DNA of 64,000 nucleotides from Candidatus Anstonella stagnisolia (GCA_902384585.1 CABMCJ010000004.1:322086-386085), one strand, 5' to 3'. Positions 1 to 9,871 are shown, counted from the stretch's first letter. The notes: generated from the letters alone by a model not told the origin. Made by a program: numbers and translations.

Positions 1-371
1 TGGCTGGAATCGCTGAAATCGCAGAGCCTGGAAAATGCGAGCGTGTTGTTCCGTATGAGCGCGCAGCTGAAGAGGCTTTTATTCGAGGAGGGGTGCACTG
101 TGACCTCCTTTATGCCAACCGAGGAGAAAAATGAGAGCTGCTCAAGCGCATTTTGTATGTGGAAGGGGGAAGCCTTGGAAAAATCGCATTTCCAGTGAAG
201 ATGGCCTTTTGAGGGAAAATCAGATAGTGCCGCTTCTAAAGCACGCCGCCCTATGCGCGCAACATCTGCGCCAGGAACATACGTTACTTCTACAAAATCA
301 AAGTTTTCTTTTGCAAATTCTATTTCGCATAGGAGGTTTTCAGACGCGGAAGGCATGTACCCGAACCGCAT
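1..371 (-). CDS. Sugar phosphate isomerase/epimerase family (xylose isomerase-like TIM barrel) protein, 5' part; runs off the window edge
   Basis: Not in the ORF track. Manually translated minus frame is open from ATG 371 (or 377) to position 1: MRFGYMPSASENLLCEIEFAKENFDFVEVT...GHLHW...VTVHP, which fits the family N-terminus (FDFVE, VHP). Confidence 0.7.
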   Translation of the reverse strand, partial: MRFGYMPSASENLLCEIEFAKENFDFVEVTYVPGADVARIGRRALEAALSDFPSKGHLHWKCDFSKASPFHIQNALEQLSFFSSVGIKEVTVHPSSNKSLFSCALIRNNTLAFSRLCDFSDSS

Positions 372-489
372 GTACATATTTGGGCATTTTGAGGTATATA
401 AGGGTTGGCGGAAAGGCGTATAAAGGGACTAAAATGGGAAGGATGTGGGGCAAAAATGCCTTAAAAAGGTTGCGAAAGGCATAAAAAGG

Positions 490-945
490 CTAGAATGGCA
501 CGAACTCCCAGCTGTCCTTTATCACGTTCAGTATAACGTGCGTGTTTGTGCGCTCTACAAGGGGCTCGTGAAGGATTTTCTTTATCATGCGCGAAAACTC
601 CGCGCGGCTTTTGCATGCGACTATTGCGACCGCGTCGTATTCGCCCGTAACGTCGTATATCGCAAGTATCTGGGGGAGCGCGCGGATTTTCTGCTCCACC
701 TCAAGTAGGTGCCCTTTTGAGATGCGTATGTCTATGAGGGCCATGAACTCGTAGCCGAGAGCAAGCAAATCCAGGTTCGTGCCGAAATTGAGGATTATTT
801 TCTCCCGCTGCAAATGCTCCACGCGCTTTATCACTGTTGCGGGGTGGAGTTTGAGGCGCTTTGCAATTTCGCGGAAAGACTGGCGGGAGTCCGAGCGCAA
901 TTGCGCGATTATCGCCGTGTCTATTTTGTCCAGCTCCCGTGACAT
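490..945 (-). CDS. Lrp/AsnC family transcriptional regulator, divergent from glnA
   Basis: LDKIDTAIIAQLRSDSRQSFREIAKRL HTH and YDVTGEYD RAM domain; AGGTGA SD before ATG 945. Confidence 0.92.
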   Translation of the reverse strand: MSRELDKIDTAIIAQLRSDSRQSFREIAKRLKLHPATVIKRVEHLQREKIILNFGTNLDLLALGYEFMALIDIRISKGHLLEVEQKIRALPQILAIYDVTGEYDAVAIVACKSRAEFSRMIKKILHEPLVERTNTHVILNVIKDSWEFVPF

Positions 946-1088
946 TTGTTCACCTTTTTCAATGTTTTGCATGCTGTGTGTAGAAGTTTGTATAGTTTTT
1001 TGTGTTTTTTATGTATGAATGTATGGTATAACAACTAGTGGATATTTATATGTATCGCTGGCAAGCATGGGAATTGGAGGGGAATTAG

Positions 1089-2444
1089 ATGCTAGACCAA
1101 ATAAGCGAGGGGGAGAAACAAAGGGTGCTTGATGATGTTAAGGAGAAGGGGATACAGTTCATTGACCTGGAATTCGTGGACGTGCTTGGAAATCCCAAGA
1201 TGTGCGAGATAACGTCGAAGATGCTCGAGCACGCGCTTGAGGAGGGGCTGTGGTTTGACGGCTCTTCCATAGAGGGGTTTGCGAGGATATTTGAGAGCGA
1301 CATGTTCTTGGTGCCGGACACGAAGACGTATGCACCCCTGCCCTGGACGGGCGGGAAGGTCGCAAGGATAATATGCGACGTGCACCATGACGAGAAAACG
1401 GTTTTTGAGGGCGACCCGAGATATGTCCTGAAGAAACAATTGGAAAAGGCAAAAGAAATGGGATTTGAGCTCAAGGTCGGGCCTGAGCTTGAGTTTTTCG
1501 TATTCAAGGCGGGAAACGGGTGAGGGATAGAGCCCCAGACCGCGGTTGTGCATGATGATGCGGGGTATTTTGACTTGGCGACCAAGGACATGGCAGTGGA
1601 CTTGAGAAGGGAAATCGTGCCTGCGCTTGAGGCAATGGGGCTGAAAATCGAGATGGGGCACCACGAGGTTGCGCCAGGGCAGCACGAGATTGATTTTAGG
1701 TACGGGGAGGCGCTCTCAATTGCGGACAGCGTGCTCACGTACAAGACGACTGTGAAAACATTGGCAAGAAAGTACGGGCTGCACGCATCCTTCATGCCAA
1801 AGCCGGTTTTCGGGATAAACGGCTCAGGGATGCACGTGCACCAGTCGCTTTGGAAAAACGGGGAAAATGCGTTCTACGATGCGAATGATGCATATTTGCT
1901 CTCGCAAACTGCGAGGCACTACATTGCGGGCATATTGCACCATGCAAGGGCATTGAGCGCAATTACAAACCCCACTGTGAACTCGTACAAGAGGCTTGTG
2001 CCTGGGTATGAGGCGCCGGTGTACGTGTGCTGGGGCAGGATAAACCGAAGCGCGCTCATAAGGATTCCAAGGGCGCTTGCAGGAAAGCCGGGCGGGACAA
2101 GGGCGGAAGTGCGCTTCCCTGACCCGTCTGCAAACCCGTACCTTGCGTTTGCCGCGATGCTTGCGGCAGGGCTGGACGGGATTGCGAAAAAAATGGAGCC
2201 GCCAAAGCCCATTGAGGAGAACGTGTACCATTTTGATGACAGGAAGCTTTCGGAAATGTACATAAAGACGCTGCCGGGCTCCCTAAAAGAGGCAATGGAC
2301 GAGCTTGCGAAGGATGAGGTCGTGAAGGGGGCGCTTGGGAAGCACGTATATGAGAGCCTTACTACAGTGCAGCAGGCGGACTGGGATGAATATAGGCTTT
2401 CAGTAAGTGACTGGGAGAAAAAGAGATACTTCCCTGTCCTGTAG
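1089..2444 (+). pseudogene. glnA: Glutamine synthetase type I interrupted by one in-frame TGA at 1521-1523 (nonsense allele, readthrough or sequence error)
   Basis: ORFs 1089-1523 and 1548-2444 share a frame. Motifs FDGSSIEGF, GPELEFF, HHEVAPGQHEI, FMPKP, NGSGMHVHQS, NSYKRLVPGYEAP and NRSALIR are intact. Confidence 0.85.
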
Positions 2445-2471
2445 CGATGCAGGGGGGAGGGTCAGGATTAA

Positions 2472-2514
2472 ACCTAAAACTGGGGAGGGGGCTTGCCCCC
2501 TCCGCGGTTTAGGT
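2472..2514. repeat. GC-rich hairpin ACCTAAA..GGAGGGGGC-TT-GCCCCCTCC..TTTAGGT abutting the second glnA copy
   Basis: Imperfect inverted repeat read directly from the sequence. Confidence 0.85.
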
Positions 2515-2664
2515 ATGGACGAGCTTGCGAAGGATGAGGTCGTGAAGGGGGCGCTTGGAAAGCACGTGTACGAGAGCTTGACTGCTGTACAACAAGCAGA
2601 CTGGGACGAATACCGGCTCTCTGTGAGCGACTGGGAGAAAAAGAGATATTTTCCAGTACTGTAG
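2515..2664 (+). other. 49-codon ORF duplicating the GlnA C-terminus (MDELAKDEV...KRYFPVL)
   Basis: Intact ATG to TAG frame; expression unknown. Confidence 0.45.
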
Positions 2665-2710
2665 CGAACGAAAAAACAAGTAATTTAAATTGCAAGGGAA
2701 TAAGGAATGC

Positions 2711-3892
2711 ATGAGAAGCATGAATTCCCTTGCAGTTTTGCTTTCTTTTGCTATTTTATTTGCTTTGCTTTTTGGGTGCACAATGCCCTGGGAGCAGCCT
2801 GCGCCAACGCAGCCAACTGAGCAGCCTGCGCAGAACACAACGCAGGTGGAAAACCAAAGCAGCACGCCGGTTGTGAATGAGACGGTTGCGAACGAAACGC
2901 AGGAGCCGGGGATTGACTGGGGCGAAGTTGCGGGAAACGAAACGCAGGGGCAACTCCCTGTTGAAAATGTTACGCAGGAAAACAATGTTACCCTGCCACA
3001 AGAAAACGGAACAAACGCCACAGAGAATGGCACGATTGACCTGAAAACTCCCTTTAGCAGGCCCAAGGACTCGCACGACATCGCAAACGGGACTTTCGGG
3101 CTCGTGCAAACACCGGATGCGGCGCTCAACGTGTATTTCATAGACGTGGGCTTTGGGAACTCGGTGCTTGTGAACAAGGGCACGTTCAACATGCTTATTG
3201 ATGCCGGGCCGGCTTCGCAGGGGGGCAAAGTGGCGTCATTTGTAAGCGCGCACGGGATAAGCGGGCTTGACGTTGTTGTTGCAACGCACGATGATGTGAA
3301 CAGCATTGGCGGGATTCCGACAGTGCTCGCAAGCATCCCGACGCAGGAAGTGTGGACGAACAATGTGAGCTCCAACAGCACGCAGTACAATGCGCTTATG
3401 AATGCGATAAATTCCCAGGAGAGGCCCGTGAAATACCCTGTTGCAAAGCAAACGCTTTTTGTGAACGGGCTTAATATCTCCATAATGAACCCGCAAAAGG
3501 ACAAGTTGAGGGGAAGCTCGGAATCAGACGCGATAATAATGAGGCTTGAATACGGGGACTTCTGCATCGTGCTCCTTGACCCCACAGTGCATGAGATTGA
3601 GCCGGCGCTGCTTTCAAGTGGCGTTCCGGTCGGGAAATGCCAGGTCGTGCAATACTTTAACAGGGGCGAGGGAAGGGGCGGCATGGAAGGCTATTCCACG
3701 CTTGTGGAGGGGAACATGAACTCGCTTAAGGACGTTGTGATAAGCGTGGGCCCAAGCCAGTACGACTTGCCAAGCCCGACAACGCTGGACAGGTTTGAGA
3801 TACACGGATGGAACGTGTACCGCACGGACACGGGCGGGACAATTACGGTAAGTTCTGACGGGAAGAATTATACCATAAGCAAGGAGAAATAA
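2711..3892 (+). CDS. Lipoprotein with ComEC/Rec2-like metallo-beta-lactamase-fold domain (degenerate metal motif)
   Basis: Lipobox LLFGC; N-x-S/T-rich linker; VYFIDVGFGNS, LIDAG, ATHDDVNSIGG, VISVG and YRTDTGGTI motifs. Confidence 0.8.
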   Translation: MRSMNSLAVLLSFAILFALLFGCTMPWEQPAPTQPTEQPAQNTTQVENQSSTPVVNETVANETQEPGIDWGEVAGNETQGQLPVENVTQENNVTLPQENGTNATENGTIDLKTPFSRPKDSHDIANGTFGLVQTPDAALNVYFIDVGFGNSVLVNKGTFNMLIDAGPASQGGKVASFVSAHGISGLDVVVATHDDVNSIGGIPTVLASIPTQEVWTNNVSSNSTQYNALMNAINSQERPVKYPVAKQTLFVNGLNISIMNPQKDKLRGSSESDAIIMRLEYGDFCIVLLDPTVHEIEPALLSSGVPVGKCQVVQYFNRGEGRGGMEGYSTLVEGNMNSLKDVVISVGPSQYDLPSPTTLDRFEIHGWNVYRTDTGGTITVSSDGKNYTISKEK

Positions 3893-3907
3893 AAAGAAGA
3901 AGCAAGC

Positions 3908-6900
3908 CTAGTTTTCAGGGACTTTTTTTATTTTTGCGATGTTTGTTGCGGTTGTGAGCTGTATGCCCACTATTTTTGAGCCCTCGTCGGTTTTCATCAC
4001 GCCTAGCGCAATGTCGGAGGAGGAGAGGATTGCATCGTTGTGGCTCACCACTACGAACTGCGTGTTGGAGGAGAGCTGGCGAAGCAGCCCTGCGAGCTTG
4101 CGCGAATTCTCCTTGTCAAGGGCAGCATCCGCCTCGTCAAGTATGTAGAAGGGGGATGCCTTGTGCATCTGTATTGAGAATATGAAGAGGAGCGCAAGGA
4201 GCGACTTTTCCCCTCCGGACATGGAATCTATGTAGCGCTCGTGCAATGCATCGCGCACCTTTATCTGCAAGCCTGAGTTGAACGGGTCTGAGGGCTGCTC
4301 AAGCAGGAGCGAGCCTTCGCCCTTGAACACAAGGTTGAATAGCTTCTTGAAGTTTGCGGCTATGCCGTTGAAAGTGGAAAGGAAAATGTCGCGCTTCTTT
4401 GCATCTATCTCCTCTATCATGTGCAGCACTGCGGTCTTTTCGTCTGCAAGAAGGGCGAGCTTGGACTGCACTTCTGCAATGTCCTTTTTCTTTTCCTCGT
4501 AAAGTTCGGGCGCTTTCAGGTTCACTGCGCCAAGGGAAGTTATTTTCAGGTCGGATTCCTTTATGATGTCCTCAAGCTGCGCCTTGGGCGCATCCATGAG
4601 GGCGGGCGGGCTTGCGCCAAAGCTCTCAAGCTCAACCTTGTAGTCCGCAAGCTTGCTTTCAAGTATGGACTTCTTTGCCTCAAGGTCTGAGAGCTGGCGC
4701 GAAAGGGTATCTGAGGAAAACTGGAGCTTGCCGCGCTCTGCGGAAAAGCCGGAGAGCTCCTCTTCAAGGGACTTTAGCTGCGCAAAGAGCTTTTGCATTG
4801 AGGCGCTCAGGTGCGTGAGCTCTTCCTCCTTTTGGGATAAGAGCTTGGAATTTTTCTCGCTCTGTGCGGTGAGCTCCTCTGCCTGCTTTTTGGAAGAGGC
4901 TTGCTCGGAAAGAAGGCCCTTGCGCTCTGTTTCAAGCTCGCTGTCCTGCTCGCGAAGCAGGGAAAGCTCGCCCTCTTTTGTTTTTATGGAAGAATCAAGC
5001 TCTGAGCGGGTTTCAAGGAAGGAACGCAGCTCCTGTGCGTGCGCATCCTCCTGCTTTTGCTCGGTTTGCTCCTCTGTTGCGATGGAGGCGGAAATGGACT
5101 CGCGCTCCTGCTGCATCTTTTCTATCTGCGAGTTTAAGGAGAGAAGCTCCTTTTCCTTTTGGGAAATCTGCTGCCTTAGGGAATCCGAGCCTGTTTGGAC
5201 TGATGCAATCTTTTCCTTCATGGACTCTATGGACTTGCGCTGGGCTGCCATGCTGTCTATTTCAAGCTCTATGCCTTTTGACTTGAGCTCAAGCTCTGCC
5301 TTTTCCCTGCGCTTCTTTGAAATGCTCTCGCGTATGGAATAGAGTTCGCTGTATGCGCCCTCGCGCTCTTTTTTGAGGTCCTCTATGTCGGACTCAAGCT
5401 TTTGGAGCGCGCTCTTTGAGAGTATGCTGGACTTTGCGCTGCCGCCGGTTATTATGCCGGAGCGCTCAAGCAGCTCGCCATCAAGGGTGGACATGCGCGC
5501 TTTCCCTATGCCGACTTTCTTTGCGGACTCAACGTCCTTTACGAGGAGCGTGTCGCCAAACACGTAGGACATTGCAGAAAAATATTTGCGGTCGCAGGAA
5601 ACGTAGTCAAGAACGAGCCCAAGGGAGCTTGGGGACTTTGAGGCTGCATTGGATTCTGCGGAAATCGCGCTTTGGGGGCGGTCAAGGGGAATGAAAGTGC
5701 ACCTGCCTGCCTTTTGGGACTTGAGCCTCTCTATTGCGGCTGTTGCAACGTCAAGGGACTCCACTATCACGTAGGTGAGGCGGTTTCCCGCGCACGCCTC
5801 TATTGCGCGCGAGTATTCCGGCTCGAATTTTATGAGGTCTGCGACAGTGCCGTAAATGCCCTTTATGGAAGAGCGCATTTCAAGCACGGATGAGATTGCG
5901 GGATTTGTTGCGGATGCCGAGACGCTTGCGCGCAGTATCGCGTGCTTTTCCTTGAGCTCAAGCATGCGCCTGTCAAGGAGAGGGATGCTCTTGTTCAGGT
6001 CCTTTTCCTTTGAGAAGAATTTGTCTATTTCCTTTGCAAGCGAATCTATGTCGGAAGAGATGTTGCCCTTTTCCCCCTCGAGCTTTTCGTTTGAGAGTTT
6101 GGGAAGCGAAGAGGTAAGGGACTGTATTTCGGAAAGGCGCATTGTGAGCATTTCCTTGCTCTTTGAAATGTCCGAAGAAAGGGAGGCGCGGGATTCGCGG
6201 GACTGCTGCAAGGAAGATACAAGGGAATCGAGCTTGGAGCGTATTGTGGAAAGCTTGGAGCTCTCGGACTTTTGCTGCTCGCCTTCCAGGGAAGATATTT
6301 TTGCGTTGAGGTCCTTTAGCTGCGTTTTTAGTTTTGAGATTTCGCCTGAAAGCTGCTGCACCTTCTTTTTTTGCAAGTCTTTTTTTCCTGCAAGCTCCTT
6401 GAGGCGGGCGTCTATGCGCGTGAGGTCCTTTTTCCTCTCCGTAAGGGAGGCTGCTGCTGCGGAAATCTCCACCTTGAGCTGCTCTATTTGCTTAAGCGTG
6501 CCATCGCGGGCGTTTTGCGCGTTTGCCTTTGCGGAAAGCTCTGCGCGCCTTGCCTCAAGTGCAGTTACTTTTGAGTCCAGCGTTGAGAGGCCCTCTGCGA
6601 GCTTTTCGCGCTCTGCCTTTGCTGCAATGTATTTTTGGGAAACTTCTGTGTGCTGCCTGCTCTGGTGCTCATGCTCGCGCTTTACGATTGTGTAGCGCGC
6701 GCCCTTTCTTTTTTCCGTTGCATCGTTGTATGCAAGGGCTGCGTCGCGCTCCTTTTCAAGCTCGCCCAAATATGCAACACGCTCTGAGAGCACGATGTTG
6801 GAATCCGAGATTTTGCGCTCGACTTTCTCAAGCTCGTTCATTGCCTCTTTCTTTTTCTCCTCAAACTCGGAAATGCCTGCGACAGTGTCTATTATTTCGC

Positions 6901-7339
6901 GGCGCTCCTTTGCATTGAGCTCTATTATGTGCTGCACCTGCCCCTGCGCGATTATGTTGTGCGAGCCGACCTCAAGGGCAAGCGGGCGCAGCGCCTCGAG
7001 CACGGAAGTGCGCGTAGCGCGCTTTCCATTTATGCGGTAAATGCACTTGCCGTTTTTCCCATCGTCCTTTATTGCGCGCTTTAGCTCCATTTTCTTGTCG
7101 CCATCTATGTAAAGAGTCACTTCAGCGTGTTTTGAGGACGTGTTAATGAGTTCGGAAACTTTTTTTGCGCGAAGCGAGCGCAAGGCGCTCTCTCCCAGCG
7201 CAAAGCGTATTGCGTCCGTTACGTTGGATTTTCCTGAGCCGTTGGGGCCTGCGAGGCAGATGAAGCCCCTTGAGAGGGCAATATCGGCGTTTTTGAAAGA
7301 CTTGAAACCGCGCAATCGAATCCTTGAGAGAAATATCAT
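3908..7339 (-). CDS. smc: Chromosome segregation protein SMC
   Basis: GFKSF, Walker A GPNGSGKSN, hinge GIYGTVADLI/GRCTFIPL, MSGGEKS signature, ILDEADAALD; 1143 aa with long coiled coils. Confidence 0.97.
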   Translation of the reverse strand: MIFLSRIRLRGFKSFKNADIALSRGFICLAGPNGSGKSNVTDAIRFALGESALRSLRAKKVSELINTSSKHAEVTLYIDGDKKMELKRAIKDDGKNGKCIYRINGKRATRTSVLEALRPLALEVGSHNIIAQGQVQHIIELNAKERREIIDTVAGISEFEEKKKEAMNELEKVERKISDSNIVLSERVAYLGELEKERDAALAYNDATEKRKGARYTIVKREHEHQSRQHTEVSQKYIAAKAEREKLAEGLSTLDSKVTALEARRAELSAKANAQNARDGTLKQIEQLKVEISAAAASLTERKKDLTRIDARLKELAGKKDLQKKKVQQLSGEISKLKTQLKDLNAKISSLEGEQQKSESSKLSTIRSKLDSLVSSLQQSRESRASLSSDISKSKEMLTMRLSEIQSLTSSLPKLSNEKLEGEKGNISSDIDSLAKEIDKFFSKEKDLNKSIPLLDRRMLELKEKHAILRASVSASATNPAISSVLEMRSSIKGIYGTVADLIKFEPEYSRAIEACAGNRLTYVIVESLDVATAAIERLKSQKAGRCTFIPLDRPQSAISAESNAASKSPSSLGLVLDYVSCDRKYFSAMSYVFGDTLLVKDVESAKKVGIGKARMSTLDGELLERSGIITGGSAKSSILSKSALQKLESDIEDLKKEREGAYSELYSIRESISKKRREKAELELKSKGIELEIDSMAAQRKSIESMKEKIASVQTGSDSLRQQISQKEKELLSLNSQIEKMQQERESISASIATEEQTEQKQEDAHAQELRSFLETRSELDSSIKTKEGELSLLREQDSELETERKGLLSEQASSKKQAEELTAQSEKNSKLLSQKEEELTHLSASMQKLFAQLKSLEEELSGFSAERGKLQFSSDTLSRQLSDLEAKKSILESKLADYKVELESFGASPPALMDAPKAQLEDIIKESDLKITSLGAVNLKAPELYEEKKKDIAEVQSKLALLADEKTAVLHMIEEIDAKKRDIFLSTFNGIAANFKKLFNLVFKGEGSLLLEQPSDPFNSGLQIKVRDALHERYIDSMSGGEKSLLALLFIFSIQMHKASPFYILDEADAALDKENSRKLAGLLRQLSSNTQFVVVSHNDAILSSSDIALGVMKTDEGSKIVGIQLTTATNIAKIKKVPEN

Positions 7340-7497
7340 TGCTCAACCCTGCCGCTGTGTGCTGATCGCCAGACGCATTACGAGTAAAAGCATTAAAAGC
7401 GTTTGGGTGTTTGCAGCGACGATGGGACGGCATCGGGGCGTTTGAGTGCCTGTGGTAAAGTTATAAAGTTTGGCAAGCAAATAATGGCGGTGGTGGG

Positions 7498-8124
7498 ATG
7501 CAGAGAACCGATAATTCTAATCTACGAAAAGCTATTGTAAGGGAAGCCTTTAAGCCGGAGCACAGCGTAGGAAATGCGATTTTTTCATTAAAACAACTGA
7601 GGCATCCGGAGAATGCGATTAGGGCGCTGGGAGTGAGGGGGCGCAGGCTGGAATGGGAAGCCGAGCGGGAGCACAGGGAAACATTGAATCACATTGATGA
7701 GATTGCGGAAAAACACAATGAGATTTTTGATCTTTTGATTCAGAAAATAATTACAGATGGCTCACATGGAGCAAGAATAGACCAGTTGCGCAAAGCTGCG
7801 GATTCCCTAAGCATGGCAGAGAGGATAAGTGGCGCGGCTGGGATTGCTTCTTCTGGGTTGCATTCGAATGCAGAAGTCAGGATTGCGGCCAAAATAACAA
7901 CGGGCAGTTATGATTTGAAGCAAAGAAGCAATGAGTTCAGCAAGTTGGGTGACGAGGTATCCAGCATTATGCACGGCGTAAGGGAACTGGGCCACGGCGG
8001 GTTTTTGATAAACAGGGTAGGAGATTTGATTTCAGGCAGGATGGGCCCGCGCAAATTCCTAAGTGAAGTAAAGGAAGAGCTATTTGACTGGGGGCGCGAC
8101 ATCAGGTTAAGTTTAAGAGACTGA
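7498..8124 (+). CDS. Hypothetical protein
   Basis: 208-aa ORF filling the space between smc and the pilin-like gene; GGTGG SD. Confidence 0.6.
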   Translation: MQRTDNSNLRKAIVREAFKPEHSVGNAIFSLKQLRHPENAIRALGVRGRRLEWEAEREHRETLNHIDEIAEKHNEIFDLLIQKIITDGSHGARIDQLRKAADSLSMAERISGAAGIASSGLHSNAEVRIAAKITTGSYDLKQRSNEFSKLGDEVSSIMHGVRELGHGGFLINRVGDLISGRMGPRKFLSEVKEELFDWGRDIRLSLRD

Positions 8125-8127
8125 GAA

Positions 8128-8625
8128 TTAGGAGGCTTGCTGCACGTTTGCAACTACCCTTCCGGAGGTTGTGTATTCTCCACTTGTGCCTGAGCAGTCT
8201 GCAGCGCTTGCGGACATGCAGTTAACGTAGAAAAGCTGCACGTAAAGGGTTTGCTGCGAACCGCGCGGAAGCGGGGAGGCAAAATTTATTTTAACGTCGT
8301 ATTTTTCGCCATCCTGCACTATGCTAGCCGGCGCAGTTACTGCTGCCTGCGGGGTTTGGCCGGAGGCAAAGGAAACGTTCACGTTTGTGAATTTTATCGG
8401 GAAGCCGAGGCCGTTTCGCACCGAGAACTGGAGGGTGGATGCGGTTTCGCTTGAGTACAGTATGTAAGGCGAGCATGCGAGGTTGGGCTGGAAATTGCAC
8501 TCCTCGAAAATGAAGTGGGATGCAGAGAAAATCCCAGAGGAAACAAGCGCTACGAGCACTACGAGAAGGGCAAGAAGTGCCCATCCGTAAGTCACTAAGT
8601 ATTCCATGGCTGCTTGCCCTTTCAT
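8128..8625 (-). CDS. Archaeal type IV pilin-like protein (class III signal peptide)
   Basis: MKGQ-AAMEYLVTYGWALL motif followed by a hydrophobic helix. Confidence 0.85.
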   Translation of the reverse strand: MKGQAAMEYLVTYGWALLALLVVLVALVSSGIFSASHFIFEECNFQPNLACSPYILYSSETASTLQFSVRNGLGFPIKFTNVNVSFASGQTPQAAVTAPASIVQDGEKYDVKINFASPLPRGSQQTLYVQLFYVNCMSASAADCSGTSGEYTTSGRVVANVQQAS

Positions 8626-8699
8626 GCAAGTAAAACAAATGCAAGTAATATAAAAGTGAGTGGGGATGTATGCTTATCAAAGGATTGCGAGATGGTAAT

Positions 8700-8999
8700 A
8701 TGGCAGAAGAAAAATCCCCCATGGGGATTGTGAAGACGAAAATACCGCTTTATAACAGCGGGTTCAACGAATCCGGGCACATACTTTTGTGCGAAAACGG
8801 GATTTGCCTTAGGACTGAAGAGGAAAGCGTGAAAGTCCCGTACAGCTACGTGCAATCCATTGACAGGATAAAGGACTTGCCGCTTGCAAAAGTGCTCGTG
8901 GGAATTTCACTGTACGACCAGATCGGGGCAAAAGTGAACGTCGAGGTCGGGATGGCGGACATGCACTACAACGAGCTCAAGAGGGTGTGCGGGAAGTAA
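8700..8999 (+). CDS. Hypothetical protein
   Basis: 99-aa beta-rich ORF from ATG 8700 with host-like codon usage. Confidence 0.6.
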   Translation: MAEEKSPMGIVKTKIPLYNSGFNESGHILLCENGICLRTEEESVKVPYSYVQSIDRIKDLPLAKVLVGISLYDQIGAKVNVEVGMADMHYNELKRVCGK

Positions 9000-9799
9000 G
9001 GGGATGCGTGCCTTTTTTCTATTTCCCTTAGAAGCCGGGGGGAAGCATCCATAAGATTTATGTGATGGACTTCCTCGATAGCGCAGAACGCATCAATGAG
9101 AAAGTTACGGAATGCAAAGGGATGCAGCCCTGTTGTCTGGGACGCCTTTTCCGTTGATGCTGCTGCAATTGCCGCCATTATGGGCAGGTTTGCATTTAAA
9201 GAATAAAACAGGCATCCGTCTTTTTTGGGTTCGGCATTACCGTTGAGCGCGTCCATGCGCTCCAAAAAGTGCTTTACGGACAGCTGTATCAGTTGAACCG
9301 GCACTGAATCCGAATCATCATCAAGGAGGGAACCAAAATCCTCTGCTGAATAGTGCGTGCCCTTGTACAATGTAGCCGCTTCTTCGTACTGGAGCATGAA
9401 GGAATCGAGGGTGCGGCTTAAGGATTCGAGATCGCTGCGCCTTTTGTCCCCGTTCGCTTTTTCAGCTACTGCCCTGAGGGATTGGAAAAAATTTGAAGCG
9501 TGCTCGCGGTTTGGGTCGCACAAAAATCCATCCTGCAATAGCTGCAGGATTTCTTCGCCTATGCGCCCAAGCTCGTCCAGGGATTTCCTATCCTCTGCAA
9601 GGAACTCATGCCATGCGGAATTTATCCCTGATTTTTGCGCTTTAAGCAGATTGGTGCGTTCATGGGAAATTGGTTCGATTAGAGGGAACTCGGGTTCCTT
9701 ATGGCTGTTGCTGCCGTTATTTCCAGGAGATAGTGCTGGAGTTTCCCTGGGATTTAGGGCAAGCTGTTTTTGTGGTGCTGGTGCTTGGGCTCCTGGCAT
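8966..9799 (-). CDS. Hypothetical protein
   Basis: 277-aa ORF with a low-complexity N-terminus. Confidence 0.6.
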   Translation of the reverse strand: MPGAQAPAPQKQLALNPRETPALSPGNNGSNSHKEPEFPLIEPISHERTNLLKAQKSGINSAWHEFLAEDRKSLDELGRIGEEILQLLQDGFLCDPNREHASNFFQSLRAVAEKANGDKRRSDLESLSRTLDSFMLQYEEAATLYKGTHYSAEDFGSLLDDDSDSVPVQLIQLSVKHFLERMDALNGNAEPKKDGCLFYSLNANLPIMAAIAAASTEKASQTTGLHPFAFRNFLIDAFCAIEEVHHINLMDASPRLLREIEKRHASPYFPHTLLSSL

Positions 9800-9871
9800 G
9801 CTAAGACCATAGGAAAATATGTAAAAAGATGAATTTAATAGTATGTGTTATACTGGAATTTGCAAGGGCAA

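Larger units (their letters stand above)
2295..2667 (+). repeat. 153-bp direct repeat of the glnA 3' end (2295-2447 and 2515-2667) separated by 67 bp
   Basis: First 44 bp identical; 22 substitutions in total, giving only one amino-acid change (T>A). Confidence 0.95.

Noticed and set aside
131..484. Plus-strand ORFs at the window start
   Set aside because: They are shadows of a minus-strand TIM-barrel gene that is open from 371 to the window edge.
1505..1550. BHB mRNA intron removing the glnA TGA
   Set aside because: Some GCGG/CCGC and GGG/CCC pairing exists, but I could not build a 3-4-3 bulge-helix-bulge whose excision keeps the frame.
1089..2444. Genome-wide TGA reassignment or selenocysteine to explain the glnA stop
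   Set aside because: TGA terminates several conserved genes at their expected ends, no other gene is interrupted, and the site is not a conserved Cys position.
2295..2667. DGR template/variable repeat pair
   Set aside because: Differences are synonymous changes at all base types rather than adenine-specific, and no reverse transcriptase is in the window.
4653..6695. Long Ser-rich plus-strand ORFs (also opposite rad50, the atp genes and the NHL gene)
   Set aside because: Antisense shadows of coiled-coil or GC-rich real genes.
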